From contig CAZYCL010000002.1 in assembly GCA_964645795.1 (NCBI GenBank), positions 144,352 to 208,351 on the forward strand: DNA of 64,000 nucleotides, given 5' to 3'. The position numbers and the translations under genes were made by a program. Under the pieces are notes generated by a model. The model saw only the letters and a list, made by a program, of their open reading frames with translations, was not told the DNA's origin and did not search any database. This DNA is from an uncultured Planctomycetales bacterium (lineage in GTDB: Bacteria > Omnitrophota > Gorgyraeia > Gygaellales > Profunditerraquicolaceae). Positions 10,061 through 19,589 of this stretch are shown one piece after another (position 1 is the first letter of the stretch; every line of letters starts with the position of its first letter).

Positions 10061-11802
10061 TGCTGTATTAACTCTTTGAGCTTATTCTGGGTGAACTCTT
10101 CGACTTCTTTACCGGTGGACAGGCTCATGGCCGCTTCAGATATCTGGCGAGCTTTTTCCATGCTCACCGCGCGGATGATATATTTTAACTGTGGAATGAC
10201 CTGGGGAGGCATGCTGAACTCATCAAGCCCCATACCCAAGAGTATAAGCACAAAGCTCGGGTCCCCGGCCATTTCTCCGCACATGCCCACGCTTATATTG
10301 GCGTTATGGGCGGCCTCAATGATGTTCTTGATCAGCCGCAGCACCGCCGGATGCGCGGGTTCGTACAGGTAAGCCACTTTTTCATTGACGCGGTCTACCG
10401 CCAGCGAATACTGGATAAGATCGTTGGTGCCGATGCTAAAAAAGCTTACTTCCTTGGCCAGTATGTCCGCGGTCATTGCCGCCGATGGGACCTCGATCAT
10501 CGCCCCAACCCCTATCGCATCATTAAAAGGCTCGCCCTTTGCGCGCAGCTCCTCTTTTGCCTCATTGAGAATGGCGTTTGCCTGCCGCAGTTCTTCGACG
10601 CCCGAGATCATCGGATACATGAGCTTGAGGTTTCCATGCACCGAAGCCCTTAGTATCGCGCGCAATTGAAGCTTAAATATGTCCGGACGGGCAAGGCAAA
10701 ACCTGATCGCCCTCCATCCCAAGAACGGCTGCATCTCGCGCGGTATCTCGAACTGAGAAAGAAACTTGTCCCCTCCGAGGTCTAGGGTGCGGATGATGAC
10801 CGGATAAGGCTTCATCTCCTGCGCCACGTATTTATAGGCCTCATAATGCTCTTGTTCGTCAGGAAGGTCTTTTCTGTTCATGTAAAAAAACTCGGTGCGG
10901 TAAAGGCCTATGCCCTCTGCGCCATGGAGCTTGACCGAAGGGACCTCATCGGGAAACTCGATGTTGGCGAATACCTCGATATGCCTGCCGTCGACTGTAG
11001 TAGCCGGCATATCCTTGGAGGGGATGAATCTTTCGGCTATACCTTTAAGGCGTTCGAACTCCTGCTGGTAGAACTGTAATGTCTCGTCGTCCGGGTTGAT
11101 GATCACCATGCCGTTGGCCCCGTCAACGATGAGCATGTCTCCCGACTTTATCTTGGCGGTAGCAACTTCAATGCCTACGACAGCGGGGATCTCCAGGGAT
11201 TTAGCCATGATCGCCGTATGCGAAGTCTTGCCTCCTATATCGGTGACAAAACCGGCGACGTTCTGTTTATGCATAGCCGCGGTGTCCGATGGCGACAGGT
11301 CATGCGCTACCACGATCACTTTTTCACTCAGATCGCTCAGGCTTTTACGTTCCTTACCCAGAAGATTACGCAGGATCCTTTTTCCTACATCGTCGATATC
11401 GGCGATGCGCTCCTTGAGATATTCATCTTCTATCTTGGAGAATACCTCTATGTACTTCTTCAGTACTTCAGAAAAAAGGAAAGGTACCGCGACCTTTTCC
11501 TTCTTGAGCCTCGAGATTATCTCCTCGATAAGCATGCGGTCTTCCAGCACCAATAGATGCGCGTCGAATATCTGGGCCTCTTCCTGCCCCATCTCCTGGG
11601 CGATCCTCTTCTGAAGCTCGATGATCTCCCGGCGCGTCTTGATCAGCGCTTCTTCGAAGATCTGGATCTGCAAGGGGATCTCCTCTTCGCGTATCTCCTG
11701 ACGGATTACGGAGAACTCCTCTTTGCCTATCCTGAAGGCGCTTGCTATGCTGATGCCGCTGGCCGCGGCTATTCCTTTAAGCTGTATCATTTCTTCGGTC
11801 AT
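10057..11802 (-). CDS. ptsI: Phosphoenolpyruvate-protein phosphotransferase (PTS Enzyme I)
   Basis: 581 aa with full-length Enzyme I similarity, including the GGKTSHTAI phospho-histidine region and the PEP-utilising domain. Confidence 0.92.
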   Translation of the reverse strand: MTEEMIQLKGIAAASGISIASAFRIGKEEFSVIRQEIREEEIPLQIQIFEEALIKTRREIIELQKRIAQEMGQEEAQIFDAHLLVLEDRMLIEEIISRLKKEKVAVPFLFSEVLKKYIEVFSKIEDEYLKERIADIDDVGKRILRNLLGKERKSLSDLSEKVIVVAHDLSPSDTAAMHKQNVAGFVTDIGGKTSHTAIMAKSLEIPAVVGIEVATAKIKSGDMLIVDGANGMVIINPDDETLQFYQQEFERLKGIAERFIPSKDMPATTVDGRHIEVFANIEFPDEVPSVKLHGAEGIGLYRTEFFYMNRKDLPDEQEHYEAYKYVAQEMKPYPVIIRTLDLGGDKFLSQFEIPREMQPFLGWRAIRFCLARPDIFKLQLRAILRASVHGNLKLMYPMISGVEELRQANAILNEAKEELRAKGEPFNDAIGVGAMIEVPSAAMTADILAKEVSFFSIGTNDLIQYSLAVDRVNEKVAYLYEPAHPAVLRLIKNIIEAAHNANISVGMCGEMAGDPSFVLILLGMGLDEFSMPPQVIPQLKYIIRAVSMEKARQISEAAMSLSTGKEVEEFTQNKLKELIQQ

Positions 11803-12062
11803 TCCTCAAGGTGAAGTATCTTTTCCAGCTCCGCCACGGCTTCCTGGGCATCGCTGCCGTTGGCTTCGATTATTATGGAGCAGCCCTTTTCCGCCCCCAG
11901 CATCAGTATCCCCATGATCGATTTACCGTTTACCTCTTCTTTATCGCGCTTGACGCTAATACGGGAATCGAACCTGTTGGCTACCTGGACAAACATCGCC
12001 GCAGGCCGGGCATGCAGCCCCTGTTTATTATTGACGACTATTTTTTTTCTTACGATGGTCAT
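11799..12062 (-). CDS. ptsH: Phosphocarrier protein HPr
   Basis: 87 aa. The GLHARPA motif holds the active-site His15. The stop is coupled to ptsI by a 4-nt overlap. Confidence 0.9.
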   Translation of the reverse strand: MTIVRKKIVVNNKQGLHARPAAMFVQVANRFDSRISVKRDKEEVNGKSIMGILMLGAEKGCSIIIEANGSDAQEAVAELEKILHLEE

Positions 12063-12151
12063 TGGTTTTGTCTTTTACCGTACGCCTTCGGCGTACGGTA
12101 TTAGTTCGTTCATACACTTACGTCTCTAAAGCTCCGTAAGCCTAGACCTCA

Positions 12152-13393
12152 CTAAATCTCTTCTATCAAACCCAGGATGATCTTAGCCAGTTTTATGGGA
12201 TCATGCCTGATCACGTCTTTTTCGATGGTAGTAAAATCATCCTCTATCACGCGGTAGCCCATATTTTCTATCTTACGCCTGTCGTTTATTACAAAGTAAG
12301 CGTTCTGAGAGGCATAACGCCGGCGTATATCGGTAGGCACCTCTCCCGTATTAATGATACAATAATCAAGGATCCGGGGGTGGCTATGGTTGACCATCGC
12401 CCGGATATGGTCACAGACACTATAGCCGTCGGTCTCACCGGGCTGGGTCATCACATTACAAACATAAACCTTGGTCGCCTTTGATTCCACGATCGCGTCA
12501 GAGATCTCCTTTATCAGGAGGTTCGGGATGATGCTGGTATAGAGCGAACCCGGTCCGAGGATTATGATCTGAGCTTCCTTTATCGCCTTTACCGCATCCG
12601 GGGTCGCTTCCGATGCCACCGGGTCAAGCATTACCTTGTTGATCGGCTTCTGCGCCTTGGGGATCTTCTCTTCCCCCACGGTGGTAGAGCCGTCTTTGTG
12701 TTCGGCGACCAGCCTCACATTGTTAAGGGTAGAAGGGATGACCTGGCCTTTCAGGGCCAGGACCTTGCTTGTTTCCTTGATCGCCTTCTCGAAATCCCCC
12801 GTAAGACGGGTCATCACGGTAATAAACAGGTTGCCGAAAGAATGGCCCCCCAACTCGGATTTAGTGTCAAAGCGGAACTGAAAAAGCTCCCTCATCAGCG
12901 CCGGAGCGTCCGCCAACGCTACCAGGCAATTGCGGATATCTCCCGGAGGAAGAATATCGAACTCCTGCCGCAGCCGTCCGGATGAGCCTCCGTCATCGGC
13001 GACGGTAACGATGGCCGCGATGTTGTTGGTGAACTCTTTTAAACCCGTCAAAAGCACCGAAAGCCCCGTCCCTCCGCCGATGGTCACTACCTTGGGTCCC
13101 CGGACAAGATGTTTCTGGTTATAAAGCATGTCCACCAGGCCAAAATCCCTGGAAGACGGCATAAAAGCGGCCATGAACGAGCGCATCATCCTCTTGATGC
13201 CTAAGATAAGGATTATGATACCGGAAATTACTATTACGGCATCCAAGAGCTGCATCGCCCAATACTCTTCGCTGCGCAGGTAGCTTGCCCCGAAGATAAG
13301 AAGCAGCACTCCGAAACCGCTAAGGCCTATCCAGCGCTTGATGCCGATACCCGGATACAGCCATTTAAGATTGTCGCCAAACCCTCGCTTCAC
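12152..13393 (-). CDS. YvcK/UPF0052 (CofD-like) gluconeogenesis-factor family protein with an N-terminal two-TM anchor
   Basis: 413 aa. The VVTIGGGTGLS...VADDGGSSGRLR core matches the YvcK/CofD family. Residues 15-70 contain two hydrophobic helices. Confidence 0.7.
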   Translation of the reverse strand: MKRGFGDNLKWLYPGIGIKRWIGLSGFGVLLLIFGASYLRSEEYWAMQLLDAVIVISGIIILILGIKRMMRSFMAAFMPSSRDFGLVDMLYNQKHLVRGPKVVTIGGGTGLSVLLTGLKEFTNNIAAIVTVADDGGSSGRLRQEFDILPPGDIRNCLVALADAPALMRELFQFRFDTKSELGGHSFGNLFITVMTRLTGDFEKAIKETSKVLALKGQVIPSTLNNVRLVAEHKDGSTTVGEEKIPKAQKPINKVMLDPVASEATPDAVKAIKEAQIIILGPGSLYTSIIPNLLIKEISDAIVESKATKVYVCNVMTQPGETDGYSVCDHIRAMVNHSHPRILDYCIINTGEVPTDIRRRYASQNAYFVINDRRKIENMGYRVIEDDFTTIEKDVIRHDPIKLAKIILGLIEEI

Positions 13394-13408
13394 CTGGGCC
13401 TCTTTGGG

Positions 13409-13879
13409 TTATACTTTTTTCTCGTCTTCTTCGCTAATGATCTTGATCACCGATTTCTCGTCGGAACAATTGCGCAGGGTATCGCGGAAGTATTTGTCCT
13501 TGAGAAGCCTGGATATCCGGGCAAGGGCCTTGAGGTGTGGCCCCGCGGAGTCCTGTGGCGCTACCAGCAGAAAAAAGATATAAGCCATCTCTCCGTCGAG
13601 AGAATCGAAATCCACGCCTTTCTTGGAAAGCCCGAAGGCCCCGATCAGCTTCTCAACGCTGTCGCTCTTGGCATGGGGGATGGCGATGCCCTGGCCGATG
13701 GCGGTAGAGCCCAGGGACTCCCTGGCCATGAGCGCTTCGATCAGCTTGTTGCGCGAGCGTTTTTCGATCTCGCCGGAGTTGATCAGGGCGTCCACCAGCT
13801 CCTTGATCACATCCTCCTTCTTCGTGGATTTAATATCGATCACCACGGCTTTTTTTGACAAAAAATCCATTATCTGCAT
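13409..13879 (-). CDS. ptsN: PTS IIA-like nitrogen-regulatory protein (EIIA-Ntr)
   Basis: 156 aa of the fructose/mannitol-type EIIA fold, with the conserved GIAIPHA active-site histidine motif. Confidence 0.85.
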   Translation of the reverse strand: MQIMDFLSKKAVVIDIKSTKKEDVIKELVDALINSGEIEKRSRNKLIEALMARESLGSTAIGQGIAIPHAKSDSVEKLIGAFGLSKKGVDFDSLDGEMAYIFFLLVAPQDSAGPHLKALARISRLLKDKYFRDTLRNCSDEKSVIKIISEEDEKKV

Positions 13880-13943
13880 ATACTTTTCTCCTTTCAGGCG
13901 CTTCTCGTCTTAAAAAGGCGGAGTTGAACTTACTGCTAAAGAG

Positions 13944-14019
13944 TGGAGCGGGAGGCGGGATTCGAACCCGTGACATCAACCTTGGCAAGGTTGCGCTCTA
14001 CCAGCTGAGCTACTCCCGC
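13944..14019 (-). tRNA. tRNA-Gly (anticodon GCC), CCA encoded
   Basis: Reverse complement is GCGGGAGTAGCTCAGCTGGTAGAGCGCAACCTTGCCAAGGTTGATGTCACGGGTTCGAATCCCGCCTCCCGCTCCA. Cloverleaf folds with anticodon loop TTGCCAA. Confidence 0.9.
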
Positions 14020-14458
14020 GTCGTTCGCTAGAGCTTATTCTACGCTAGCAAACGGTTAATTAAGTAATAGCTGTACCTAAAACATTTTGGGGTTTCCAAG
14101 GACGCTCACTCCCCAAAGGGGCTTTGCCCCTATGGCGCTCCCCCCTCGACTGTATTAGACACTCAAACATAAATGATTGTTTAGTGCCCGCTCACTACGG
14201 GGGTCGCTGTTACCCCAAAAGCGTGGGGAAAAATGCTTTTCCCCACACCACTTTTATGTTCTTAACAGCCGCTGCTGCTTATTTGCTGCGCCAGCGCTAT
14301 CGCGCTAGCTGTTAAGAACATGTCGTATTGCTTTAACTCAACAAACTCGCTCAAGAATGCCGAGTGACGTTAATTTTGGAAACCCCTTTCTCATTACCAA
14401 TCCGCAATTTTTAGTGGGCGGAAGAGGATTTTCCCGCCCTACAATTTACTTTTTAAAA

Positions 14459-14540
14459 TGCGGACGGAGGGATTTGAACCCCCAAGGGTTTCCCCAATAG
14501 CTCCTAAGGCTATCGCGTCTGCCAATTTCGCCACGTCCGC
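14459..14540 (-). tRNA. tRNA-Leu (anticodon TAG), type II with long variable arm, no encoded CCA
   Basis: Reverse complement GCGGACGTGGCGAAATTGGCAGACGCGATAGCCTTAGGAGCTATT...GGGGGTTCAAATCCCTCCGTCCGCA. Anticodon loop is CTTAGGA. Confidence 0.85.
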
Positions 14541-14776
14541 GAATTTTATCGGGACTATTGTCTTGGCAAAGATCCTATTTTCTTGAATAGGTTATTTGTA
14601 CTTTGCTTAAACCTGTACATTTATATCAAGGTAGCGCAAAGTACAAAAATTTTTGCGCAGCAAAAATTTTTGAGCCTCCCGAGACCGGCCTCCCCGTCGC
14701 TTGGTTCAGGGGAGGACGTCCCCCTCGCACAGCTAAATTCAGGAGGGGGATCTACTTCGACTCAAGTTATTTTACA

Positions 14777-14849
14777 TGAGCCTCCCGAGACTCGAACTCG
14801 GCACACGCGGCTTAAAAAGCCGCTGCTCTACCAGATGAGCTAGAGGCCC
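14777..14849 (-). tRNA. tRNA-Lys (anticodon TTT)
   Basis: Reverse complement GGGCCTCTAGCTCATCTGGTAGAGCAGCGGCTTTTTAAGCCGCGTGTGCCGAGTTCGAGTCTCGGGAGGCTCA. Anticodon stem-loop is GCGGC-TTTTTAA-GCCGC. Confidence 0.85.
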
Positions 14850-14965
14850 TAATTTCAATTCTTGCCTCTAGTCCTATGAGTCTCACTTCAGGAGGACCGA
14901 GGCCCTAATTTCAATTCTTGCCTCTAGTCCTACTGAATTTTAGTTCAGGAGGACGAGGCCCTGAT
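14843..14965. repeat. About 61-bp tandem direct repeat (two full units plus a third partial unit); each unit begins with the 7-nt tRNA-Lys 5' acceptor sequence
   Basis: GAGGCCCTAATTTCAATTCTTGCCTCTAGTCCTA...TTCAGGAGGAC appears twice, then GAGGCCCTGATTT. The first unit overlaps the tRNA-Lys 5' end. Confidence 0.8.
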
Positions 14966-15028
14966 TTAGTTAACAGTTAACAGTTGACAAGAAAATCTGT
15001 TAGCTGTTAGCTGACAACTGTTAGCTAA

Positions 15029-15589
15029 TCAGTGCTCCAGCACTTCCTTTTCTTTGGCCTTGAGCATTTCGTCTATCTTAGCGATATACTTATCTACAAG
15101 CTTCTGCAGCTCATCGACCCCGCGGAACTTATCGTCCTCCGAGATCACCTTATCTTTCTCGAGCTTCTCAACCGCCTCCTTGGCGTCCCGCCTTATAGTG
15201 CGCAAAGACACCCTTCCCTCCTCCGACATTTTATGCAATACTTTGGCCAACTCCTGTCTTCTTTCTTTGGATAGAGGGGGGAACGACAGCCTTATGACCT
15301 TACCGTCGTTGGAAGGGTTTATGCCAAGGCTTGATTTATTGATGGATTTCTCTATTTCGGGGATCACGCTGGGGTCCCACGGCTGGATCACCAGAAGATG
15401 GGCGTCGGCTGAAGATATAGAAGCCATTTGTTTTAGCAGGGTAGGCGTACCGTAATAATCCACGTGTAAGCCCTCGACAAGGTTGGGACTGGCCCTGCCG
15501 GTCCTGATCTCGGAGAACTCCCGGGCCACGGAATCATAAGCCTTTTTCATCTTGTCTTCGGTAGCATGCAGCAGCTCTTTTACCGTCAT
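15029..15589 (-). CDS. frr: Ribosome recycling factor
   Basis: 186 aa with full-length RRF similarity. Confidence 0.93.
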   Translation of the reverse strand: MTVKELLHATEDKMKKAYDSVAREFSEIRTGRASPNLVEGLHVDYYGTPTLLKQMASISSADAHLLVIQPWDPSVIPEIEKSINKSSLGINPSNDGKVIRLSFPPLSKERRQELAKVLHKMSEEGRVSLRTIRRDAKEAVEKLEKDKVISEDDKFRGVDELQKLVDKYIAKIDEMLKAKEKEVLEH

Positions 15590-15598
15590 AAACGCCCC

Positions 15599-16321
15599 CT
15601 ATTCTACTATTGTGCCTATCTTTTCACCCAGTAACACGCGCTTTATGTTACCCGGCTTGTTCATATTGAATACGACTATCGGCAGATTATTGTCCATGCA
15701 CAGGCTAATCGCGGTGGCATCCATTACCTTAAGCCCCTTCTTCAATACATCGATATATTTAAGGCGCGAATACTTTTTGGCATCCCTGTGTTTTACGGGA
15801 TCGGCGGAGTAGACCCCGTCGACTTTCGTGGCCTTAAGCACTACGTCTGCCTTTATCTCCGCGGCCCGCAGCGCCGCAGTAGTATCGGTGGTAAAATAAG
15901 GATTGCCCGTACCGGCCACAAAGATCACCACCCGGCCCTTCTCCATATGCCGTATCGCCCGGCGACGGATGTAGGGTTCGGCGATCCGCTGCATCTCAAT
16001 AGCGGTCATCACCCTTGTCGGGACGCTCATCTTCTCCAGGACGTTCTGCAAGGCCAGGCCATTGATGATCGTCGCCAGCATACCCATATAATCGGCGACA
16101 GACCTGTCCATGTCCAGCCCGCGGCTGGCGGTGTTCTCCTGGCCCCGAAAGATGTTGCCGCCCCCCAGGATTATGGCGATATCGACATGCAGCTCCTTTA
16201 GCTCTTTTATCTGGCGGGCAACCGATACCAGGACATTATAATCTATCCCGTGCGACTGTCTGCCCTGCAGGGCCTCACCGCTGAGCTTCAGGACAACTCT
16301 TTTATATTTTACGGCGCTCAT
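15599..16321 (-). CDS. pyrH: UMP kinase
   Basis: 240 aa. Begins with the [12 protein letters not shown] motif of the amino-acid-kinase fold. Confidence 0.93.
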   Translation of the reverse strand: MSAVKYKRVVLKLSGEALQGRQSHGIDYNVLVSVARQIKELKELHVDIAIILGGGNIFRGQENTASRGLDMDRSVADYMGMLATIINGLALQNVLEKMSVPTRVMTAIEMQRIAEPYIRRRAIRHMEKGRVVIFVAGTGNPYFTTDTTAALRAAEIKADVVLKATKVDGVYSADPVKHRDAKKYSRLKYIDVLKKGLKVMDATAISLCMDNNLPIVVFNMNKPGNIKRVLLGEKIGTIVE

Positions 16322-16845
16322 TATCTTCCGATCTGATAACGCGAGAACCTTTTAATCGAAATGTTCTCCCCGAACTTGGCCAGGAGACTTCCTAAATAAT
16401 CATTGATGGTAATACTGGCGTCTTTAATAAACGGCTGTTCCAGGAGGCAATGTTTTTTATAAAAATCTTCTTTGTTCTTTTCCTGCTCGATTACCGCAGC
16501 GGGGACATCTTCCTTCTTGACGTACTCGGGATCGCAGGCGGCTATCTGCATAGCCACATCCTTGGAGAACTTGGCGAACTCCTCGTTGCGGGCGACAAAA
16601 TCCGTTTCGCAGGCTACTTCCAGAATAACCCCGATCTTGTTGCCGTGGTGGATGTAGGCCTCGACCCTTCCTTCCTTTGCCCCCTTATCCCGCCTTTTGG
16701 CCGCCACCTCCATGCCTTTCTTGCGAAGTATAACGACCGCCTTCTTGATATCTCCCCCTGATTCCTCCAGGGCCTTTTTGCAGTTGGCCACGCTTGCCAA
16801 CGTCAACTCCCTTAACTCCTTGATAGACTCCACTGAAATCACCAT
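16321..16845 (-). CDS. tsf: Elongation factor Ts (short form)
   Basis: 174 aa. Has the EF-Ts N-terminal UBA-like region [28 protein letters not shown] and the dimerisation core. Confidence 0.85.
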   Translation of the reverse strand: MVISVESIKELRELTLASVANCKKALEESGGDIKKAVVILRKKGMEVAAKRRDKGAKEGRVEAYIHHGNKIGVILEVACETDFVARNEEFAKFSKDVAMQIAACDPEYVKKEDVPAAVIEQEKNKEDFYKKHCLLEQPFIKDASITINDYLGSLLAKFGENISIKRFSRYQIGR

Positions 16846-16893
16846 GACAACAATCCTCTCTTCTTTATTGCGGGTATGAATTTTATCTGTATC

Positions 16894-17790
16894 CTATTTT
16901 CTTTTTACCTTACCGTGTTCATCAGGAGTATGCTTAACGCGGCCTTTTTTGGCAGGCTTGGCTTGGTCCGCTTCAGAACCTGTATCCTTGACTACTTCTT
17001 CGTCTATTTCCTGGATCTTCATCTCTTCTTCGGGCAGGATCTGCGGGCTTGCCCCATCCTGCTGCTGGCCCTTAAGGCTGACCCCTTCCTGAGAAAGATA
17101 GGAAAGGAATTTCTTGCGGCCTTCCAGTGCCGCATCGGCCATGAGAGAAGCGACCAGCCTTATGGACTTTGTGGCGTCGTCATTGCCGGGAATGGGAAAA
17201 GCGAGCGTATCGGGGTTGGAGTTAGTGTCGATCAGGCCGATGATCGGGATGCCCAGCCTCCTGGACTCCTTAACGGCGGTATCTTCCTTTTTGATATCCA
17301 CGATAAATACGGCCTTGGGCATAGATTCCATCTGCACAATACCGGAGAAGTTCTTATTTAGCTTGGCCAGCTCTTTTTCAAGGCGGGCGATCTCCTTCTT
17401 GGTAAGCTTCTCGAAGGTCCCGTCCTGGCGCATCCTCTCTATGTCCTTAAGACGGTTGATGCGCTTCTTGATGGTAGAAAAATTGGTCAGCAACCCTCCC
17501 GGCCAGCGTTCAGTTACATAATACATGCCGCAGCGGATAGCCTCCTGCTGGACCGCCTCCTGGGCCTGTTTTTTTGTCCCCACGAACAGTATCGCCTCCC
17601 CCTTGGAGGTGATATTGGTAAGGAAATCACGGGCCTGGTTTATGCACTCCTCGGTCTTCTCCAGATCGATGATGTAAATGCCGCTCCTGGCACCGAATAT
17701 GAACTTCTTCATCTTGGGGTTCCAGCGCTTGGTCTGGTGCCCAAAATGCACCCCTGCCTCTAACAGCTGTTTGATCAATTCTGAAGGCAC
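16894..17790 (-). CDS. rpsB: 30S ribosomal protein S2, with an acidic/basic C-terminal extension
   Basis: 298 aa. The GVHFGHQTKRWNPKM motif is present. The conserved rpsB-tsf-pyrH-frr gene order is intact. Confidence 0.93.
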   Translation of the reverse strand: MPSELIKQLLEAGVHFGHQTKRWNPKMKKFIFGARSGIYIIDLEKTEECINQARDFLTNITSKGEAILFVGTKKQAQEAVQQEAIRCGMYYVTERWPGGLLTNFSTIKKRINRLKDIERMRQDGTFEKLTKKEIARLEKELAKLNKNFSGIVQMESMPKAVFIVDIKKEDTAVKESRRLGIPIIGLIDTNSNPDTLAFPIPGNDDATKSIRLVASLMADAALEGRKKFLSYLSQEGVSLKGQQQDGASPQILPEEEMKIQEIDEEVVKDTGSEADQAKPAKKGRVKHTPDEHGKVKRK

Positions 17791-18047
17791 TTCATTTCCC
17801 TCCTCTTCATTGTACCTGTTAACTCAAAAAGATTGCCAATCCAAAGATATCTTTATCTTAGGTTAACAGCCTGGGTTAAAAAACTGCTCTCCCTTAAAGC
17901 GGTTTTGGCTTTAAGGTAATTTAATGAGTATAGCATAAATTATTTATTATGCAACAAATTTTATTGATTAAAAGGCGCAAATTCGGACTTTTTCAGTAAC
18001 TTCATGGCAGAAGATAAGATATGCTTTGAAAAAACGACCGTCAACGA

Positions 18048-19589
18048 CTATTTCGAATACAATGAAAGCCACATCCCGTCAAAATTCCCCCTATATTCAA
18101 GCTTAAGCGTTGAATCAAGGTAATCCTTGACTGCCTGAGAATTCCTGTCCAGCCCCCCTGTCCTGGGCCCGCCATCCGTAGAAAATACCCAGATCCTGCG
18201 AAATTCTATCTGGTTGATGTCTCCCAGGAAAAGACAGGTCTTGCAGGGGTCGATTTTTGCCAAATTCTTGGCGATCGTCTCGTTAGCCATTCCGCTATAA
18301 ACCAGGGTATAGCAGCGTGTTGGCAGGTTATATTGAAACCAGGTATAATAGAAAATAGAAGGCGCATAGGGAGGGTTTAAGTTTGTAGCGGCGATCGCAT
18401 CTCCTTCCCTGAACCTTTCGGCAATAAACTCGGCCATGGGCCTGAAGGGCTTTTTCAGGAATACCCCGAGATGGTACTCCATGGGAGCGGGCATCTTATC
18501 CTTGAAATACCCGACGTTACCCAAGACAAGCATCAGGCTAAAAGACCCGATTAAGGCGTACCTGACCAGCTTCCTGTTAATAGAGTCTATCCCGACAGCT
18601 AAAAGCAGATAATAGAATGGGCTTGCCGCTATTAAACCGCGCGGAACATACAGGGGGACCACCAATATCGATGTCAAATAAAACAGCAGGATCGGAGACA
18701 GGAACAAGACAGAGCAAACCATAAACCCGCTGCGCCTGCGCCCTTCTTGCCTCAACCAGGATAAAGATCTCGCCAGGATCACAAAACTAAGGACCAGAGA
18801 AAGAAAATAGAGGCCTTTGTCCACATTGTAGCCCAGGTTGAAGTTCGCGATGGTTATTAACAAGGATTTGATGCTGGGCACGGGGATCCAATAGCCCATC
18901 ATTACTATCCCCAGCCTCGCGTACATCTTAAAAACCCAGGGCAAGAGCAATAAGATAAGCAAAGAATACGGTATGAAGCGGGAGGGGTGCAGCGCCTGCC
19001 TCCTGAAACGGATAAGAAGATAGAGGGACTGCGGAATAAACAGGAGGGCGTAAAAAAAGTTGGAGTATAAGCCGCATAGCGAGGCCAGGATAAAAACCGT
19101 CCAATGCCGCCAGCCTCCTTTGTCCGTTATTGACAACAGGCTAAATGTCGACAAAATCCCAAGCAGGGTGATGAGGGTATATGGCCTGGCCTCCTGCGCG
19201 TACCATATCTGAAAAGGCGAGAAGGCCATCAACAGCGCCGCGTATAAGGCTATGCGCCTATTAAATAGCCTCTTTCCCAGCATATAGATAAACGGCACGC
19301 ATAAGAAACCAAACAGCGCCGAGGGCATACGTAAAGATGATTCCGAAATCCCGAATACCTTTATCCAGAAGTGAATCAGGAAATAAAACAATGGCGGCAT
19401 GTACGGCACATCCGTTTCAAATACCCTCTTCATCGCATCATCGTCCTCCGATACGTAGAAGATATTCACCTCGTCGTACCATAGATCCCTGTCACCAAGG
19501 GCATACAGCCGCAGCGCCAGCGCGGAAATAAACACCAGTAACAGCAGAAAAAACCATCTTTTGCTTGCCGGCAGAATCGATAATTTCAA
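18048..19589 (-). CDS. GT-C family membrane glycosyltransferase (ArnT/PMT-like, GT39/GT83-type)
   Basis: 513 aa, polytopic. Conserved N-terminal DxD-like loop YDEVNIF and the periplasmic-loop pattern of polyprenyl-phosphate-sugar-dependent transferases. Confidence 0.7.
   Translation of the reverse strand: MKLSILPASKRWFFLLLLVFISALALRLYALGDRDLWYDEVNIFYVSEDDDAMKRVFETDVPYMPPLFYFLIHFWIKVFGISESSLRMPSALFGFLCVPFIYMLGKRLFNRRIALYAALLMAFSPFQIWYAQEARPYTLITLLGILSTFSLLSITDKGGWRHWTVFILASLCGLYSNFFYALLFIPQSLYLLIRFRRQALHPSRFIPYSLLILLLLPWVFKMYARLGIVMMGYWIPVPSIKSLLITIANFNLGYNVDKGLYFLSLVLSFVILARSLSWLRQEGRRRSGFMVCSVLFLSPILLFYLTSILVVPLYVPRGLIAASPFYYLLLAVGIDSINRKLVRYALIGSFSLMLVLGNVGYFKDKMPAPMEYHLGVFLKKPFRPMAEFIAERFREGDAIAATNLNPPYAPSIFYYTWFQYNLPTRCYTLVYSGMANETIAKNLAKIDPCKTCLFLGDINQIEFRRIWVFSTDGGPRTGGLDRNSQAVKDYLDSTLKLEYRGNFDGMWLSLYSK

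Noticed and set aside
14124-14315. 63-aa ORF in the tRNA-Gly/tRNA-Leu spacer
   Set aside because: It overlaps multiple strong hairpins and has no SD. The composition is Cys/Arg-rich and unlike a protein. The region is more plausibly structured non-coding RNA or DNA.`
14843-14965. Possible CRISPR array or integrative-element att site at the tRNA-Lys locus
   Set aside because: Only about 2.3 copies of a 61-bp unit are present, with near-identical inter-repeat segments and no unique spacers, no cas genes and no integrase. The repeats involve the tRNA 5' end rather than the 3' end that integrases normally target.`
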